DNA of 64,000 nt from Candidatus Gottesmanbacteria bacterium GW2011_GWA2_43_14 (GTDB lineage Bacteria > Patescibacteriota > Microgenomatia > 2-02-FULL-39-11), in the NCBI GenBank assembly GCA_000999095.1, contig LCFP01000004.1:13429-77428 (forward strand), read 5' to 3'. A program made the translations under genes and the position numbers. Positions 18,521 through 28,700 of the stretch are shown piece after piece (position 1 is the stretch's first letter; each line of letters starts with the position of its first letter). Under the pieces are notes generated by a model. That model did not search any database. It worked only from the letters and a program-made list of their open reading frames with translations, and was not told the origin of the DNA.

Positions 18521-18550
18521 TTGACAAACAGGTTTAAAGTACGATATTAT
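18521..18550 (+). promoter_or_regulatory. Near-consensus sigma-70 promoter: TTGACA, 18-nt spacer, TATTAT
   Basis: -35 TTGACA at 18521-18526 and a -10 hexamer at 18545-18550, 11 nt upstream of the ATG at 18562. Confidence 0.4.
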
Positions 18551-18561
18551 GGGCCGCTCAG

Positions 18562-18903
18562 ATGACCTCAACAAGATTAATCCTGGCATTTCTTGGAATC
18601 ATTCTCTTAGTTACGGTTATCCTCAGCCGCGGCAGGCTTATAGAATCAATTAAAAATAGGGTCAGCAGCATCCTGCCTAATTCCGGAGAAACCCAGGAAG
18701 AGGCCGCTCTCACTATAACTCCCACAGAAACACCGCTGGCAAAAAATTTAGCACCAACCAGTGAACCTGTTGGGGAGGACGGCTCAGAAAGTACGCCACG
18801 AGGTGAAATTCCTTCAACAGGTCCGCAAACGACAGTTTATCTTCTCAGTGGATTGGGACTGGCCGGCGGAATTTACTTAAAAAATCGGTCAAGAAAAAAA
18901 TAA
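18562..18903 (+). CDS. Small secreted protein with a C-terminal sortase-type sorting signal (IPSTG, hydrophobic stretch, KNRSRKK)
   Basis: N-terminal signal or anchor. The C-terminus reads EIPSTGPQ, then a 20-aa hydrophobic segment, then a basic tail. Confidence 0.4.
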   Translation: MTSTRLILAFLGIILLVTVILSRGRLIESIKNRVSSILPNSGETQEEAALTITPTETPLAKNLAPTSEPVGEDGSESTPRGEIPSTGPQTTVYLLSGLGLAGGIYLKNRSRKK

Positions 18904-18905
18904 AT

Positions 18906-19460
18906 TCAGAGAGTGCCAAGTTCCGTATCTAACTCACCTGCGGCTTCCTGTAAATACGAGGTATCGGTTTGGTTCAAGTCTGCTTCAATATCCTCAGGGA
19001 TATCATTATCCTTTTGTTGATCATAAAAATTGACGCCTTCATCCGCCCCCGTCGGAATGACAGTAGGCAGGGGTATTGTCGGCCTAATTGCCTCTGTTGG
19101 TATAACATTTTCAGAAACTGCACCTTCCCTCCTGTTTTTTCCGATAATCGTCATAACCAACAATGCTGTCACCGTGACAAAAATTATTATAACCAGAACA
19201 AAAAAGATGTAAAACCATTTTGGAATAGCTTCACTTTTCCCCGGAATTACTACTTTGGCATTACCTTCACTTTGCGGACTTTCCGGGTTTAAACCCGAGG
19301 GCGGAACAGGATTAACGGGAGGGGTTGGGGGAACAGGAACAGCCGGGGGCGAAGAACCGGGGTCAGGATTGGCCGTCGGAACCTGCGGTTGGACAGGAGC
19401 ATTATTTTCCGGCTGCGGCTGATTATTTGAAGGTATTGGATTATTTTTCTGATTATCCAT
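18906..19460 (-). CDS. Proline-rich single-pass membrane protein
   Basis: N-terminal PxP-rich 70 aa, a central TM helix, and an acidic C-terminus. Confidence 0.4.
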   Translation of the reverse strand: MDNQKNNPIPSNNQPQPENNAPVQPQVPTANPDPGSSPPAVPVPPTPPVNPVPPSGLNPESPQSEGNAKVVIPGKSEAIPKWFYIFFVLVIIIFVTVTALLVMTIIGKNRREGAVSENVIPTEAIRPTIPLPTVIPTGADEGVNFYDQQKDNDIPEDIEADLNQTDTSYLQEAAGELDTELGTL

Positions 19461-19461
19461 G

Positions 19462-19989
19462 TTATCTGGTTTCTGAAGGACCGACTTTCCCTTCCTGGAC
19501 TATTTTTAATTTATACCTGTTTATCTGTCTCAACAGATTTTTTTCTTCTGCTATGACATCATTTATTTCCCTTATTAAATCCTGGATATCTGTTTTTATT
19601 AAAGCATATTTTTCCTTTTCAGGTGCAGATGAATATGCCTGCCATTGTTCTTTAAGAGTATCAAGAGATATTTTAAGTTCAATAATTTTCCGGTTTAAAC
19701 CGGCAATTTGATCTTCATATCTGGCGATATTCGCCTGTGTCGTATCTGCCCTGGCCAGTAAGCGACTGATTCTGTTATTCATCTTATCCAGCCTTTTAAT
19801 CATGGCTTCAATTCTTCTTTCCAGTATCTTAAAAATCAGATTAGCTTTGGAGTCGGCTGTCAGAAGTTGCAATTGATTGCGTTTTACGCTGGGAGAATCA
19901 CTGGCCTTGTCAGTCTGTTCAATTCTTTGAGCCTGAACCGGCAGTACTATAGTAAAAAAAATAAGACTAATCAGTAAGATTCTTTGCAT
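19462..19989 (-). CDS. Secreted coiled-coil protein
   Basis: Signal peptide ending VQA-QR, then heptad-rich sequence. Confidence 0.4.
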   Translation of the reverse strand: MQRILLISLIFFTIVLPVQAQRIEQTDKASDSPSVKRNQLQLLTADSKANLIFKILERRIEAMIKRLDKMNNRISRLLARADTTQANIARYEDQIAGLNRKIIELKISLDTLKEQWQAYSSAPEKEKYALIKTDIQDLIREINDVIAEEKNLLRQINRYKLKIVQEGKVGPSETR

Positions 19990-20094
19990 CGGGCAGAAAT
20001 CCTTTTATCTTTATTTTGCGGCAAAAACAGACCGGAGTCAAGATTTGACTTATTGTCAATTTGATGTTTTTTTATTAACCTGAAGAATGACGTT

Positions 20095-20631
20095 ATGGTT
20101 ATTTTGAAACCTTTTCCGGTCAAATTCCCGCAGATTTCCCGAATATTTCCCTCATCTATCAGTTTGAAGCTGGCTAAGGGGATTCTGTGGTTGAATATCC
20201 TGCTTTTCTTCATCTTAAATTTGTTTAATGAAATTATGCCTGTCGATGATATTGTAGCCAACCGGAGATCACTTTTGAAAAAACCTTTCCAACCTGCCTA
20301 TCATGCTATGATGGCCGAATCTTTAACCTTTTCTAATATGGAACAATCGAGATTGGAGATGATTCTGGCCCAAGATTATTCAGGTTATAAATTCGAAATC
20401 AACCAACTGGGTCTGCAGGATGTTGACCGCAGTCTTTTAAGCAATACCGGAGAAGACATTATTCATGAAAAGGAAATTAATTACTGGCGAGCGATTGCCG
20501 AAGATTTTGAAGGTTATGATTTCGCTTATGCCAAGCTTTCCTCGCTCTATTTTTTCAGCGGCAATCATGAACTGGCAGAGAAATACCGCAATTTAATCCC
20601 CATAGAGAAATCAAAAAAGCTGGAGAAATAG
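20095..20631 (+). CDS. Hypothetical membrane-associated protein
   Basis: ORF with one hydrophobic segment and no recognisable motif. The true start may be internal. Confidence 0.3.
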   Translation: MVILKPFPVKFPQISRIFPSSISLKLAKGILWLNILLFFILNLFNEIMPVDDIVANRRSLLKKPFQPAYHAMMAESLTFSNMEQSRLEMILAQDYSGYKFEINQLGLQDVDRSLLSNTGEDIIHEKEINYWRAIAEDFEGYDFAYAKLSSLYFFSGNHELAEKYRNLIPIEKSKKLEK

Positions 20632-21333
20632 TCAGCCTTGCTTTTCCTTTTTTTCCTGAGGAGCTGGTTGTCCTTGGTCTTCAGCAGTTTTTCCTTCGGC
20701 TGCTACGCCCTCAACCTGAGCTTCCGCTGCTTCACCCTCTGCAGGAATAACCACTGGGGGCTCTTCAATTTTTTCTTTGACAGTCAAAGGTCCTATTTTA
20801 ACAACCTCCAGTTCGGTATCCGTCAGGATTTTTATCTTGTCGCTGACTTTTAAATCCGTAACTTTGACGGCATCGTCTATTTTAACCAGTCCTGAAATAT
20901 CAACTTCAATGCGGTCCGGCAAATCCTGGGGCAAAGCCTCAACCTGCAGTTCATCCAGATTGGTCAAAAGGACTCCGGTTTTATCTTTAACGGCTGGTGC
21001 TTCCCCGGTAACTGCCAAAGGCACGTTTGCGGTAACTTTTTCTTTCAAGTCAACCTGGTAGAAATCGGCGTGGATAATCTGATTGGTAATCGGGTGGTAA
21101 GACACATTGTGAATCAGGACCGGCAACTTTTTTCCCTCAAGCATCAGATCAACTAAGCCAGTTTCCCCGGCTGTTGCAAAAACTCCCCTGAAGACCTTCT
21201 CATCCACGGAAACGGCCTGTGATTTTACTTTCTTGCCGTAAATATTACCGGGCAATAAACCCTGGATTCTTAATTTTTTAACTTTCCTGCCTACAACTGT
21301 TCTCGATTTGGCTGTCAAGCTTATCTTATCCAT
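20632..21333 (-). CDS. rplY: 50S ribosomal protein L25, general stress protein Ctc form
   Basis: N-terminal L25 signature (R...GK...RK..LR..G.LP..IYG) and a long acidic C-terminal extension. Confidence 0.85.
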   Translation of the reverse strand: MDKISLTAKSRTVVGRKVKKLRIQGLLPGNIYGKKVKSQAVSVDEKVFRGVFATAGETGLVDLMLEGKKLPVLIHNVSYHPITNQIIHADFYQVDLKEKVTANVPLAVTGEAPAVKDKTGVLLTNLDELQVEALPQDLPDRIEVDISGLVKIDDAVKVTDLKVSDKIKILTDTELEVVKIGPLTVKEKIEEPPVVIPAEGEAAEAQVEGVAAEGKTAEDQGQPAPQEKKEKQG

Positions 21334-21408
21334 AATTGTCGTATTGTAAGGTCAACTACCTCAGAAGTCAATTGTAAATCGGGAAAATACATGCCTATAA
21401 TGATTTAA

Positions 21409-22584
21409 ATGGGTAAATCATTTTACTTTTTCTGGTCTGCAATTCTTTTTATCAACCTGCTGTTTCTGACCACTTTGTTTGCCGGCAGTCAAAGACCGGC
21501 AGTCTTATTAAATCCGGTAACTGTCAAAGCTTCAGCTTTCGCTGAAGAGCAAACGCCGGAACCAGAAACAGGCGAAACTAGCCAAAGGGAGTATCATATC
21601 CTGCTTTTAGGGCTTGATGGCCGCAAAGGCGATGTTAAACCCCGCTGTGATGCCATCCATATTTTCAGTTTTTCACCCCGGCATAGTTATCTACTGATTA
21701 CTTCCCTCCCTAGAGGTACGAAATTAAATCCTCAAGCTGAAGACTCCATGTATCTGGCAAACAGCTGCAGCATCAACGGCATTGATTTTACTGTCAATGA
21801 AATTGAGAGAATTACCCAACTCAAAATTGACGCCGTAGTTAAAGTCGGCTTTTCCCAGGTTTTGGGCATATTGAGAACTCTAAATATGCCGACTACTTCT
21901 ACACTGCAATTTTTAAGAAGCCGGCGATATACCATCGGTGACAATCAAAGGAGCCGTAACCAGGCAATGTTTTTTAAGGACGTGATTATCAACCATTTCG
22001 AAGATTATTATAATTTGCCGGCAGGTTTAAAATCCTGGTTATTTAAGACCGTCGAAGCAGATATTACCTACGATCAGGCTGAGTATCTTCTGGAAAGTAT
22101 TTATAAAAATAAAGTCTACCAGCAACCTGAAAACATTATTCTTATTTCCCTGCCTTACGAAAATCACTACCTTCGGGAAATTCATCTGCCGGACAACGCG
22201 GAAGGATCTTCTCAGGATAATGAATTTATTGAATACCAGGCAAACCTATCTGCTTACCTGAAGAAACTGATTGCCCAATCAGATAAACTTACTAAAACGG
22301 GAAATATTCAGTCTGCTGAGAAATTATTGACTGTCCCTTACCATCAGAAGTTGTGGTTGCAGCTGGAAAATGATTTTTTACGCCGGGAGATTTATTTTCA
22401 TATGATGAAGACTTATGCAGACGCTGTCTCCGACCGTATGTTAAAAAAAGAAATTATCTCCGATTATCTGGAAGAAATGTCAGTTTTCGGTGATGAAGAA
22501 TATTTATCAAAGGGTAAAGCCGTCTTAACATCATTCTTTCCCGACTCAGTGAGTGACGGAGAAGGTGAAAATCCTGTCAACTGA
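21409..22584 (+). CDS. LytR-CpsA-Psr (LCP) family cell-wall polymer transferase-like protein
   Basis: N-terminal TM. ILLLGLDGR...RCDAIHIFSF...SLPRGT matches the LCP core pattern. Confidence 0.5.
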   Translation: MGKSFYFFWSAILFINLLFLTTLFAGSQRPAVLLNPVTVKASAFAEEQTPEPETGETSQREYHILLLGLDGRKGDVKPRCDAIHIFSFSPRHSYLLITSLPRGTKLNPQAEDSMYLANSCSINGIDFTVNEIERITQLKIDAVVKVGFSQVLGILRTLNMPTTSTLQFLRSRRYTIGDNQRSRNQAMFFKDVIINHFEDYYNLPAGLKSWLFKTVEADITYDQAEYLLESIYKNKVYQQPENIILISLPYENHYLREIHLPDNAEGSSQDNEFIEYQANLSAYLKKLIAQSDKLTKTGNIQSAEKLLTVPYHQKLWLQLENDFLRREIYFHMMKTYADAVSDRMLKKEIISDYLEEMSVFGDEEYLSKGKAVLTSFFPDSVSDGEGENPVN

Positions 22585-24900
22585 TGTATCCGAAGCGTAA
22601 ACAATTCCCTCCTTTGAGGCCGAAGTAAAATTCTTGGCAGCCAGAATCATTTTCGACGAGACCACAGACAAATTAAAGCTGTATGCTTTATCCCCGGGTT
22701 GCTTTTGAAAATAAAACTGGTATTCCCCGGTTTCAGGATTTATCTGATCCGAATGAAGGAAACTTAGCGAAAGCTGGCTTTTTGTCAGCTCCGGTATTTT
22801 GATAAGCATCCCGTAGTAAGTCTTATCATTTTGGTAATCCCCGCTGTCAATCCTGGTGCTTTCAATCTCTTTACCGGCTAAACTTGCCGAAATGAGCCTG
22901 CTTCCTTTGGGCACGATCAGACGCAGGTAATTGGTATAAATGCCGCCGGCCAGATACGCCGCCGATCCCTGGTTTTCAAAATTAATCTCTAAATCGGTAA
23001 TGATTTGCCCGTTAACATTGATTTTTTTGTTTATTAGGGCTGACTTCTTTATAAAATAGTTTGCTTTGTTAACTCCCAGATTGGCGTCAACCAGAAATAA
23101 ATAATCTGCTAAACAAGACTTTTGCCTGCTTTGGCAGCTGACCTGGAAAATTCTGCCTCCCCAACCCATCCGTTCGATTTGCTGTTGGCTGGATTCGTCA
23201 TTTAAATAAATCAGGATATTCTTCTCATCAAGAGAGTTTTTGATAATTTGGGTAAGTTTTATAAGAGATATGTTTTCCCCGGCAATTTTATTCTGCAGGC
23301 CTTGTGAAAGAGCCGTCAGAAAATCCTTTTTTTTGGTGGATCCTTCGAAAAAATCAGTTTGGATGTGCAGCTGGCTTTTAACGAACAGATTGTCCGCGGT
23401 GACAATTTCATTGTTAAAATCGGCTAATGTGACAGGCCCTGAAGTTTCAAGAAGTTTTTGGGCGAAAAAAAGATTGACTCCGATAACACCGTCAATTTTC
23501 TGGTTAAGTATTTTTTGAACGAACCATTCTGCCTGCAATGCAGTTTCGGCAAAATCAGGATTGAAATTGCTGTCCCGGAGAAACCAATTCGGCTGATTTA
23601 AATGCAGACGAATAGCTTCAGGCGGTTCAACATGCCCTTTCAGCTGACCGTCCAAAGTATAGACATCCATAATTTTAAATTCCTCGATTCTTCCGGAGGT
23701 TACAGTCAAAAAACCTACTGAACCGATAAATCCTCCTGTGGGGCGAAGTTCCATATTGTTTTGGAAAAGTATCAGGTAAGTCCTGCTTTCGTTAACCAAA
23801 AAAATATGATCCAAAACAGGCACCAATTCCTTGACCGCAGTTAAATTTTGCCTCGCTTCGGAAATGGCCGGCAGCAGATTTTCTTTCGGAATAAAAGGCA
23901 GTTCGCTGCTGATTATTTTTTCCTGCAAATCCTGTGCGGCATAATCCAGGCCATTGACAGACTCGACCAGTTTGGAAAAATTACTTTTAGAAAAAGTGAA
24001 TCCGGTCAAAGTATAACTGTGGTTGGCTGCTTTCAGTTCTTCTGCCAGACTCATGGTACCGCCAATCACCGTCAGCATCCTGTCGGTAGATTCAATAAGC
24101 TGGCCTAAATCTGTCATAAACGAAAAATTTTTCAGGGGAAACAGCACTATGCTTGAAGTTTTATACATAGTTTTGGCAATTTTTATCTTTTCCTTCGCCT
24201 GGGACACATCCCTGGCTACATCAGTCAGACTCCCCTGTTTAAGATGATCGGATAAATTTCCGAAAATATGCCTCAGGGTAAAGATATACCAGCCGCAGGT
24301 TGCGGTAGTTATAACTGCCGCCGATATAAAAAAAATTAAAAACGCCAGTAATGGGGAACTGATTCTTCTGGTGACTTTCACCTGGCTTAATGCCTGCACT
24401 TCTGATTTTTTTCTGACCAGATTTTTAAGATTATCTTTAAAGCCGGCTTTTTTCTTCATCGGTTCGGAATTTGCTGAATTTCTGCTTTTTATGTTGAAAT
24501 AATTGTTTACAGAGTGGGTTAAACTTATTTTCAACAGAATATTTGAGAGTTCCACGCCATCCCAAATTTCCGGATCATCCATCTTTACTATTTTGATATT
24601 GTCCAAGTTCTTCAGCCTTCCAATGTCCTGACTCCCATCCCGGATGATGAGCAATAGACGGCCGTTTTTTTTTAACAGTTTCAAATATGCATCGTATGCA
24701 TCTTTTACTGTTCCGAACAGATAAAGATAGTCAAATTTCCCGCTTTTGGGCAGTTCATCAGTAATAACTACTTCACAGTTACCTTTATTTAATTTTTCCG
24801 CCAAAATATTTGCCTGGCTCCAACTCCCGCTGATCAATGCCAATGGCGAAGGGACTTTTTCAATGATTTCTCTTTGGTGATTTTTGAAATGATTATCCAT
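22546..24900 (-). CDS. Large membrane-anchored extracytoplasmic protein, DUF4012-like
   Basis: One TM helix near residue 190. YLILFQNNMELRPTGGFIGS resembles the DUF4012 signature. It is co-located with the LCP gene, as DUF4012 often is. Confidence 0.4.
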   Translation of the reverse strand: MDNHFKNHQREIIEKVPSPLALISGSWSQANILAEKLNKGNCEVVITDELPKSGKFDYLYLFGTVKDAYDAYLKLLKKNGRLLLIIRDGSQDIGRLKNLDNIKIVKMDDPEIWDGVELSNILLKISLTHSVNNYFNIKSRNSANSEPMKKKAGFKDNLKNLVRKKSEVQALSQVKVTRRISSPLLAFLIFFISAAVITTATCGWYIFTLRHIFGNLSDHLKQGSLTDVARDVSQAKEKIKIAKTMYKTSSIVLFPLKNFSFMTDLGQLIESTDRMLTVIGGTMSLAEELKAANHSYTLTGFTFSKSNFSKLVESVNGLDYAAQDLQEKIISSELPFIPKENLLPAISEARQNLTAVKELVPVLDHIFLVNESRTYLILFQNNMELRPTGGFIGSVGFLTVTSGRIEEFKIMDVYTLDGQLKGHVEPPEAIRLHLNQPNWFLRDSNFNPDFAETALQAEWFVQKILNQKIDGVIGVNLFFAQKLLETSGPVTLADFNNEIVTADNLFVKSQLHIQTDFFEGSTKKKDFLTALSQGLQNKIAGENISLIKLTQIIKNSLDEKNILIYLNDESSQQQIERMGWGGRIFQVSCQSRQKSCLADYLFLVDANLGVNKANYFIKKSALINKKINVNGQIITDLEINFENQGSAAYLAGGIYTNYLRLIVPKGSRLISASLAGKEIESTRIDSGDYQNDKTYYGMLIKIPELTKSQLSLSFLHSDQINPETGEYQFYFQKQPGDKAYSFNLSVVSSKMILAAKNFTSASKEGIVYASDTSVDRIFTFSVTH

Positions 24901-25396
24901 CTAAGGCAAGGTTGACGAGTCTGTCCGCTTCCCAATTTTTTTCCCTGGGAATGGCATGATAATAAATATCGGTTTTTATCTCTTTTTCCAAATATCTGAT
25001 TTTCAAAATATATTCCTTAAAAAGAGGCTGCTTTATTTTAAATAATCCTTTTATCTGGTTTACAATCAAAGTCGAATCAGAATAAAAATTTATTACTGTC
25101 TTCTCATTTATGCCCAATTTATTTTTTGAGTCTTTTAAAAAAGTCAACGCAGCCAATACTGCCTGGTACTCTGCATCATTATTGGTAGTTAAGCCTATTT
25201 TTTGAGAAATCCTATAGGTCTTGTTTACAGGTTCGGTTTTTATTACGGCTCCGATGGCCGCCGGACCGGGATTTCCCCTGGCTCCCCCGTCGGTATAAAC
25301 ATTAATTGAATACATAGATTGAAGCAAATACGAATATATCAGCCGCTTCAGATCGGATGATATATCTATCTTAACGGGAAATGAATGGAAGAACAA
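24893..25396 (-). CDS. rnhA: Ribonuclease HI
   Basis: VYTDGGARGNPGPAAIG plus DSTLIVNQ and DEAD-type catalytic residues. Confidence 0.85.
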   Translation of the reverse strand: MFFHSFPVKIDISSDLKRLIYSYLLQSMYSINVYTDGGARGNPGPAAIGAVIKTEPVNKTYRISQKIGLTTNNDAEYQAVLAALTFLKDSKNKLGINEKTVINFYSDSTLIVNQIKGLFKIKQPLFKEYILKIRYLEKEIKTDIYYHAIPREKNWEADRLVNLALDG

Positions 25397-25422
25397 TTCC
25401 TGTTTTCCGGAAGGCCGGTATC

Positions 25423-25707
25423 TTAAGATTTATTTTTTTTTACGGAGTATACTTCAAGGGATTTTCTGACTTCATCAAGCGATTCCTTCGACTCCGTCTC
25501 AGACAGTTTTTGCATCAGTTCATGAATCAGGCGGGTTTTCACTTCTTCAATGTCATTGGCATTGTATTTTCTTTTCCCAGCTTTCACTTCATCCAGAATG
25601 TGAATTTTTTCCAATGCTAGTTGAGCATGATATTTTTCAGTAATAAATGACCAGGCTTTTTGTGATAACTCAAGCTTGTCCCCCTCACTGACATAATCAA
25701 TATTTTC
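25423..25707 (-). CDS. Small hypothetical protein. Start shortened to avoid an 80-nt overlap.
   Basis: ORF only; charged helical sequence. Confidence 0.25.
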   Translation of the reverse strand, partial: ENIDYVSEGDKLELSQKAWSFITEKYHAQLALEKIHILDEVKAGKRKYNANDIEEVKTRLIHELMQKLSETESKESLDEVRKSLEVYSVKKNKS

Positions 25708-28700
25708 CATGAGCTGTTTGATTTGCTCTCCCGGAAAATTGGCTACTTTTAACAATACCGGTAATGATATGGCCATAATGTTGTGTAGGTGATATTTTTA
25801 AAATATCGGCAAATCCCGAACTGAGGCGGCCCCTGACTGGGTCAACAAAATAAACATTTAGCTCACCGTTATCAAACTTAACCTCAAATCCGTCCTGGTT
25901 AAAATCAGTAAATTTGTTCTGCAAGTGCCTTATTCTATCTGACACGTTCATCATGCTGATCCCCTGAGCGACCTCGAACAAGAAATTTCTCGTCAGATTT
26001 CTTGTTGAATCAACATGATTAAACAGATTTACCAATTGATTTAGATCCGCTATTTGAGTGGGGTCTCTCTTGAAAATTATGTTTTGTATTTCCGAGGGAT
26101 CTTTTCTGGTACCGTCAGCTTTATAAATCAGTTCCAATACGCCGGGAGGATAGCCTCCGGCGGCTGTTGCAGCAGCCCGGTCAACAGCAAGGGATGAAAT
26201 AAAATTATTGATTTCAACTACCGTCCTTCTCTTATCGGCGGTCAATTCATAAAAGAGCGCCTGCAGTTCTGGACTGGCTCCGATAAAACTTTCCCTTTCA
26301 TAGGGTAATACCGCCGGATTGAATGCCCCCAAACCGGTAATTATATCGGCTAAATCTTTCTTGCCGTCGGCAGTATTAGGACCATATATAATATTTATTA
26401 ATTCAGGTGGTAAACCAGCGTTTTCTGCCGACTCTCTATTTGTGTACGTTATACTGTCAAGAACAGCCTGGTCAAAATCAGCCGGATTGGTCGCAGCTTT
26501 TCTCCTGAATTCGTTTCCATAAGCTAAATAAACTAACTCATCCGGTATATTTGGCTGAAGATCGCTGGGTAATAAATTAATAGTAGACTGTTCTTTCCTC
26601 AGGTTCAAAGTTAAATTTAACCCGCCAATAGGCTCCGTATTGTCAATACCGAGATTTACCGATATCCCGGAATTGCCGATATTTTCCTCAATAATAGGAC
26701 CCCGTTCTATCAGAGCTCCTGTCCGTTCATTTTTATTCATTTCAGTTATGCTGATCGGACCGTGATCAGTAGTAAATGTTTCCGTCTTCGGACCGGCGGT
26801 GGAAACAGTCAGAAGTTCATTAAAAGGATTGCCTTTAATGGCATCCTTAGAAATCTCAATAAGGGTTTTACTTATTACCTGTGCTGTGGAGACTCTGTCC
26901 TGGGCTAAAAGGGATGCCAGCCTGGTATCATAGAGAATCGAAAGTGAATCATTTAATTCTATCTGTATGTTGTTAAGCTGCCGGCGCAAATCTCTTACCT
27001 GGTCTTCCCATCCGTCTGCTTTACCTTTTTCAATATTGGATACTTGCTCTGTAAGTCCAGCGATTTCCTGCTTGATTGATTGACTGTCCTGGTAGGCCTG
27101 CAATCCTGCCGAGTCTCCGGCAAAGAAGGCGTTCGGAGTTGCCCTGTTTTCCAGATTCCAGACACTCATAATTGCTTCTGCCAGTCTGCCTTTGCTTAAT
27201 ATTCTCGAAGTCAAATTATAATTACCGTTTACCCCCTGACTTAAAGCATCTATGCCGAATATTCTTTTTAAAAGAAGACTATAACCTTCATCGCTTAATG
27301 TTTTTGCTAAATCTTCGATCTTAATATTGCCGCTGATAATATCATTGATTAATTCATTAAATTTGTCCGAATTAAAAATTTCACTCTCGACGAGTTTTTG
27401 TAAGCCCCGTTCAGTTTCCTTATCTTCATCACTGACAACCAGAGCTTCACCTGCTTCTTTTCTCTCTCTTAATTTTTTCAGTTCCGCTTCTAATTTAGTT
27501 ACTTTATCGGCAGTTTCTTTGGCGATATCTCCTATTTTCTCTGTAGAAGGCGCGGTAAATCCTGGAATAGTTACATCAAATCCGAAAACCTCCTGTAATA
27601 ATTGATTTCTTTTACGGATTAATGCGTCCAATTTATCTTTTTCACTCTTATATTCTAATCTGGCTGTTTCAATCTCGTTTTTCTTTGTTTCAATTTGATC
27701 TCTCAAGTTATCTAATGTTCCTCCGCTTTTCTCAAAAATAGCTATTTCCTGTTTTACATTATTTATTTCATTTCCAAGCGAGTTATAACTTTCTTCTAAA
27801 GATTCTCTTCTTTCGGTTAATGGAGTTAGTGCATTCTCAGCAGCTTTGGCACCCCTTGGGTCGACATCACTATCTAAAATAGCAATTTTATCAATTATCT
27901 CTTGTTTTCTAGAATCGGTATCAGGTATCAAATCAAGGGGAATAAGCTTTAATCGCTGTAATTCTTCAGACCGCTCAGCCAGTATTTTTTCCGTTCCAGC
28001 TTCTATCTTTTTGGCCGCCTTTAATTCACCACCGATTTGTTTCTGGTCACCAATAATACCCGTATATAAACCGGTTGCCTGTTTTTCTCCAAGATGACTT
28101 TTTAAGAAGGTGATTCTATCTTCTGCTGTTTTTATTTTAGCTTCAATTGTTCCTATTTCGCCTGTAGCTTTTTTAGCTCCTGCTGATTGTTTTCCTTTTG
28201 TCGTTTTGGCAGAATCCCAAGCATCTTTTTTGGAAGTTGCAGTACTTTCTTGAGTTGTAATATCTGTTAGTAATTGGGTATAGCTTTCCTTGGAAGTGGT
28301 TTGTCTCTCGCGGCGGGCTGTTTCAGTTGAAAGTTCATGTTCCTTATTTTCAAGCGTAATCGGGGATTCTTTGGGGTGAAGTACCCGAGCGCCTGATAAT
28401 ATATCTTTTGCTAATTTTTCAAGTTGGCTAGTAATTCCCTCTTCCAATGGTTCTCCTCTGGCTCGGGCGATCATGACTTTTTTGATAATCGGCGCCAGAG
28501 TTTCACCGCCCTCGACCTGGGAAATGGTATCGAAAGCCTTAGTCACCACTTTTACCCTGTCTTCCAGTTCCAATTCTCCCAATTCTTTGTGTCCCCCTGC
28601 TTCTCTTTTATATTCCTGCTCCAAAATCTGCTGGATTTTTTTGGCAAGTCTGATTCGGTGGCGCATTTCCGTCCCCTGAGCCGCTTCTCCCAACACCCTG

